A stretch of 64,000 bases of DNA from Sminthopsis crassicaudata. Lineage: Eukaryota. Every line of letters starts with the position of its first letter. Position 1 is the stretch's first letter. The notes under the pieces are model-generated. The model made no database searches. It had not been told where the DNA came from and saw only the letters and a program-made list of their open reading frames with translations. The translations under genes and the position numbers were made by a program. This document shows, piece after piece, positions 61,501-64,000 of this stretch. The stretch covers positions 236,995,198 through 237,059,197 of the forward strand of contig NC_133622.1 in assembly GCF_048593235.1 (NCBI RefSeq), written 5' to 3'.

Positions 61501-62899
61501 ATTGGTTGGGGAAACAATCAGAATCCCATCAGTTTGAAGTATTCTCCTATCTCAGTTCATTTACACAACATGGATGATGGATGTACCATGAGCCCATGAA
61601 TGATCAAGATTTTTTGTGTTTAACTTCCTTCTTAAATTGTAGTAATCCACTTTATAATTTGTCTTTGAAATCTGACTGTGTTTCTGGGTTTTGTATTAAG
61701 GAATTGCATTACTTCTCATTCCTGAGACTGATTTATTCTACTACCGTTTTTGAACCAGAATGTAAAACTAAATCACTTTTTGGTATTTATAAAAACAGAT
61801 TTGTAGGTTGCAAATTGGGGGAACAGTTTAGAAAAAGTTGGGACTGAATGTGCTGACCTACAGAATAAAGAGTTCCAAATGAACCCTTTAGGAGCTAATG
61901 AATAAGATATTCAACTGAATTGATGGGTTGTAATTGCCTTTTCATGGATTCTCAGATAAATCAAAATGTCAATTCCTTTCCCAACTTTCCTTCCCTGTAT
62001 GTCTTGTAAGAATTTTTCTGTATTCTGATTTTTCCTCTAACATAAGTGAGATATATAGCATATAAATTAGGGCAGAGAGCCTGATTATTAGGAATTTCTT
62101 AACCGGGGGCTCTAAGATTTTATAGTTATATTAATAATACATGATGTGATATAAATGCTATAAAATAGTAGAGTTACTTTGTGCAAAGGAGAAAGTATCA
62201 GAGATGGTTGGGGGGGTCATAATATGTAATTGATATGAGAAGATCCATTAATACCTGCTTTATGATTTTAGAGACTAAATAGAGGACTTGATATTAAATT
62301 CTGAAGGCAAGTGGAAGCAATTGGCCTTGAATCAGTAGGAGTCACATGGTCATATCAACACTTTAGGAAAATTACTTGAGCAGCTCTATATAGGAAGGAC
62401 TGGAGGTCTCAGACATGAGGCAGAGGGATCATTAGGAAGCTATTGTAAAGGTCTAGGAAATAAGTGATAAGTGCCTAAATTAATGTAGTTATGAGTACCA
62501 GTTAGTTTTGAGCCAAAGAGTTTGATGTAAGAAGTGTTATGGAGGTGAAATGGTACTTTTCATTCCTATCAAATGACAACTGATTAGAAATGAGGGGAAG
62601 GAAACTCAGGATGTGGCTGAGGTTATAAATCCTGAAAACTGAAAGGAGGGTGCTGAACCATGCTTTGGTTATAAAGAGGAAAAGCTGAAAAGGGTTTGTA
62701 AGGAAAGCTGATGATTTAAGTTTTAGAAAAAATGAGTTTCAGATGTCTCCAGGACACACAGTTTGAAATGTACAATGGATAGTTTTTGATTCAGGTCTAA
62801 ACTACTCCTAACAAGTATTTTTTGTTTATTTAGTGCCAAATCATTTAATAATTATAGGTTCTATTTACTTTTCTTTCCTAATTTTTTTTTTTATCAATT

Positions 62900-64000
62900 T
62901 CACCCAACCACAGAATCTTACTCTAGAAATGCGAGACTGGGATTCATTGTCAGAGAACTATTGTGAAGTAAAAAAGGCCTCTTGTATTCTAAAGTGTAAC
63001 ATTAAATGACTTCCCATCCAGAAAGACTTTATAAAAGAATTAAAAAATGACTTTAAAAATCAAAAGAGAGTAATTGAGGAAAAACTTACAAAAAATAAAA
63101 CAAAAAATCATCTAGGAAAAACAAGAAAAATTTGAAAAAATATCAACCAAGTCTAGAAGAGGAGATGCAGAAACTCAAAGAAGAAAATTTATCTTTGAAT
63201 GTTTGAATGGAGCAACAGAAAGCCAGTGAAGCAATAGGAGACCAACAAATAGCAAAACAAAATATAGAGAATGAAAATATAGAAGAGAATGTCAAATATG
63301 TATTAAGAAAAACAAATCAGGAAAACAGATCAAAAAGACAAACCATAAGCATAATTGGACTACCTGAAATGTGATATCAATGCCAAAACTCTTTCAAAGT
63401 ACCCTTGACACAATAATGGAAGAAATAAAGGAACTTTTCCTGTAGTGATACAACAATAGGGGACAATGCAAATAGAAAAAAACCCACTGATTATTACCTC
63501 AAAGAAATTTTACAAGCAATGACATAGGAATATTATTCCTAAATTTCAAAACCAGCAGAACAAAAAGAAAGTTGTATAAGAAATAATTTTAAAAATCCAA
63601 ATTCCAATATGCTTTAGTTACAATTAAAATTGTTTAGGATTTATCAGTAACTATAATAAAAGAATGAAAGTCCTAGAATATCGCATGTTGTTAATCAAAA
63701 GAACTAGGCCCGTGACCAAAACTACCATATCTAAAAAAATGAACCATAATATTGAACAGAAAAATGGACATTCAGTGAATTTTTTAGGTTATAAAGATTT
63801 TGTCTCAACTAAACCTGAGCTCAATACAAAATTTGACACAGAAGAGTCAGTATCAAAAACTAATATCAAGGGAGGCAACATGTAAAAATGTAAGACATAT
63901 GTCTAAAATTGTCTTCAGAAATTGGGTAGTTCAAAAGAAAGCTTGAGAGCTGAGTAGGATTTTTCTCAAAAAAAACAAAAGTGTTTAGGAAAAGGTTACA
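62900..64000 (+). mobile_element. HAL1-like element, 5' part (runs off the window)
   Basis: Colinear with 27920-29030, including KPELNTKFDTEES. Confidence 0.65.

Larger units (their letters stand above)
4830..64000. repeat. Tandem segmental-duplication array of V1R units
   Basis: The homologous anchor AAATAAATA(T/C)TTAAAAAGGAGCA(A/G)GGG recurs at ~4820, 19765, 30165, 41940 and 53450, giving periods of ~14.9, 10.4, 11.8 and 11.5 kb. Confidence 0.97.

Noticed and set aside
1-64000. CRISPR arrays, rRNA genes or prokaryotic systems
   Set aside because: No repeat-spacer structure, rRNA-like sequence or operon-like gene density was seen. The DNA is mammalian.

Overview
This is AT-rich mammalian genomic DNA. 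The CORE-SINE/MAR1-like and L1 repeats point to a marsupial, probably dasyurid-like (inference). The window is a head-to-tail tandem array of about 10.4-15 kb units, with roughly 5.5 units visible. Each unit carries a minus-strand vomeronasal type-1 receptor (V1R) gene whose ORF lies in a single exon. All five visible V1R ORFs are open, and the fifth has a frameshifted C-terminal tail. Each unit also has the same set of old repeats: an ORF1-only L1/HAL1-like element, an L1 ORF2 3' fragment, MIRs and a MAR1-like SINE. Units 1 and 2 carry a decayed betaretrovirus-like ERV (gag-pro-pol plus an env remnant) ending at the same host junction, while the other units show the empty site. The most interesting signals are: (1) all five receptors appear to lack both cysteines of the usual V1R TM3-ECL2 disulfide; (2) the HAL1/gag junction at ~14046 looks like the breakpoint of the duplication that created V1R copies 1 and 2; (3) the ERV has a catalytically eroded dUTPase-fold domain and a gamma-type env immunosuppressive motif; (4) the paralogs show conversion-like mosaics; (5) a predicted non-coding 5' exon contains a variable (TA)n tract; and (6) a TSD-flanked composite joins LTRs in opposite orientations. 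Repeat boundaries are approximate and were judged by eye. No database searches were run.
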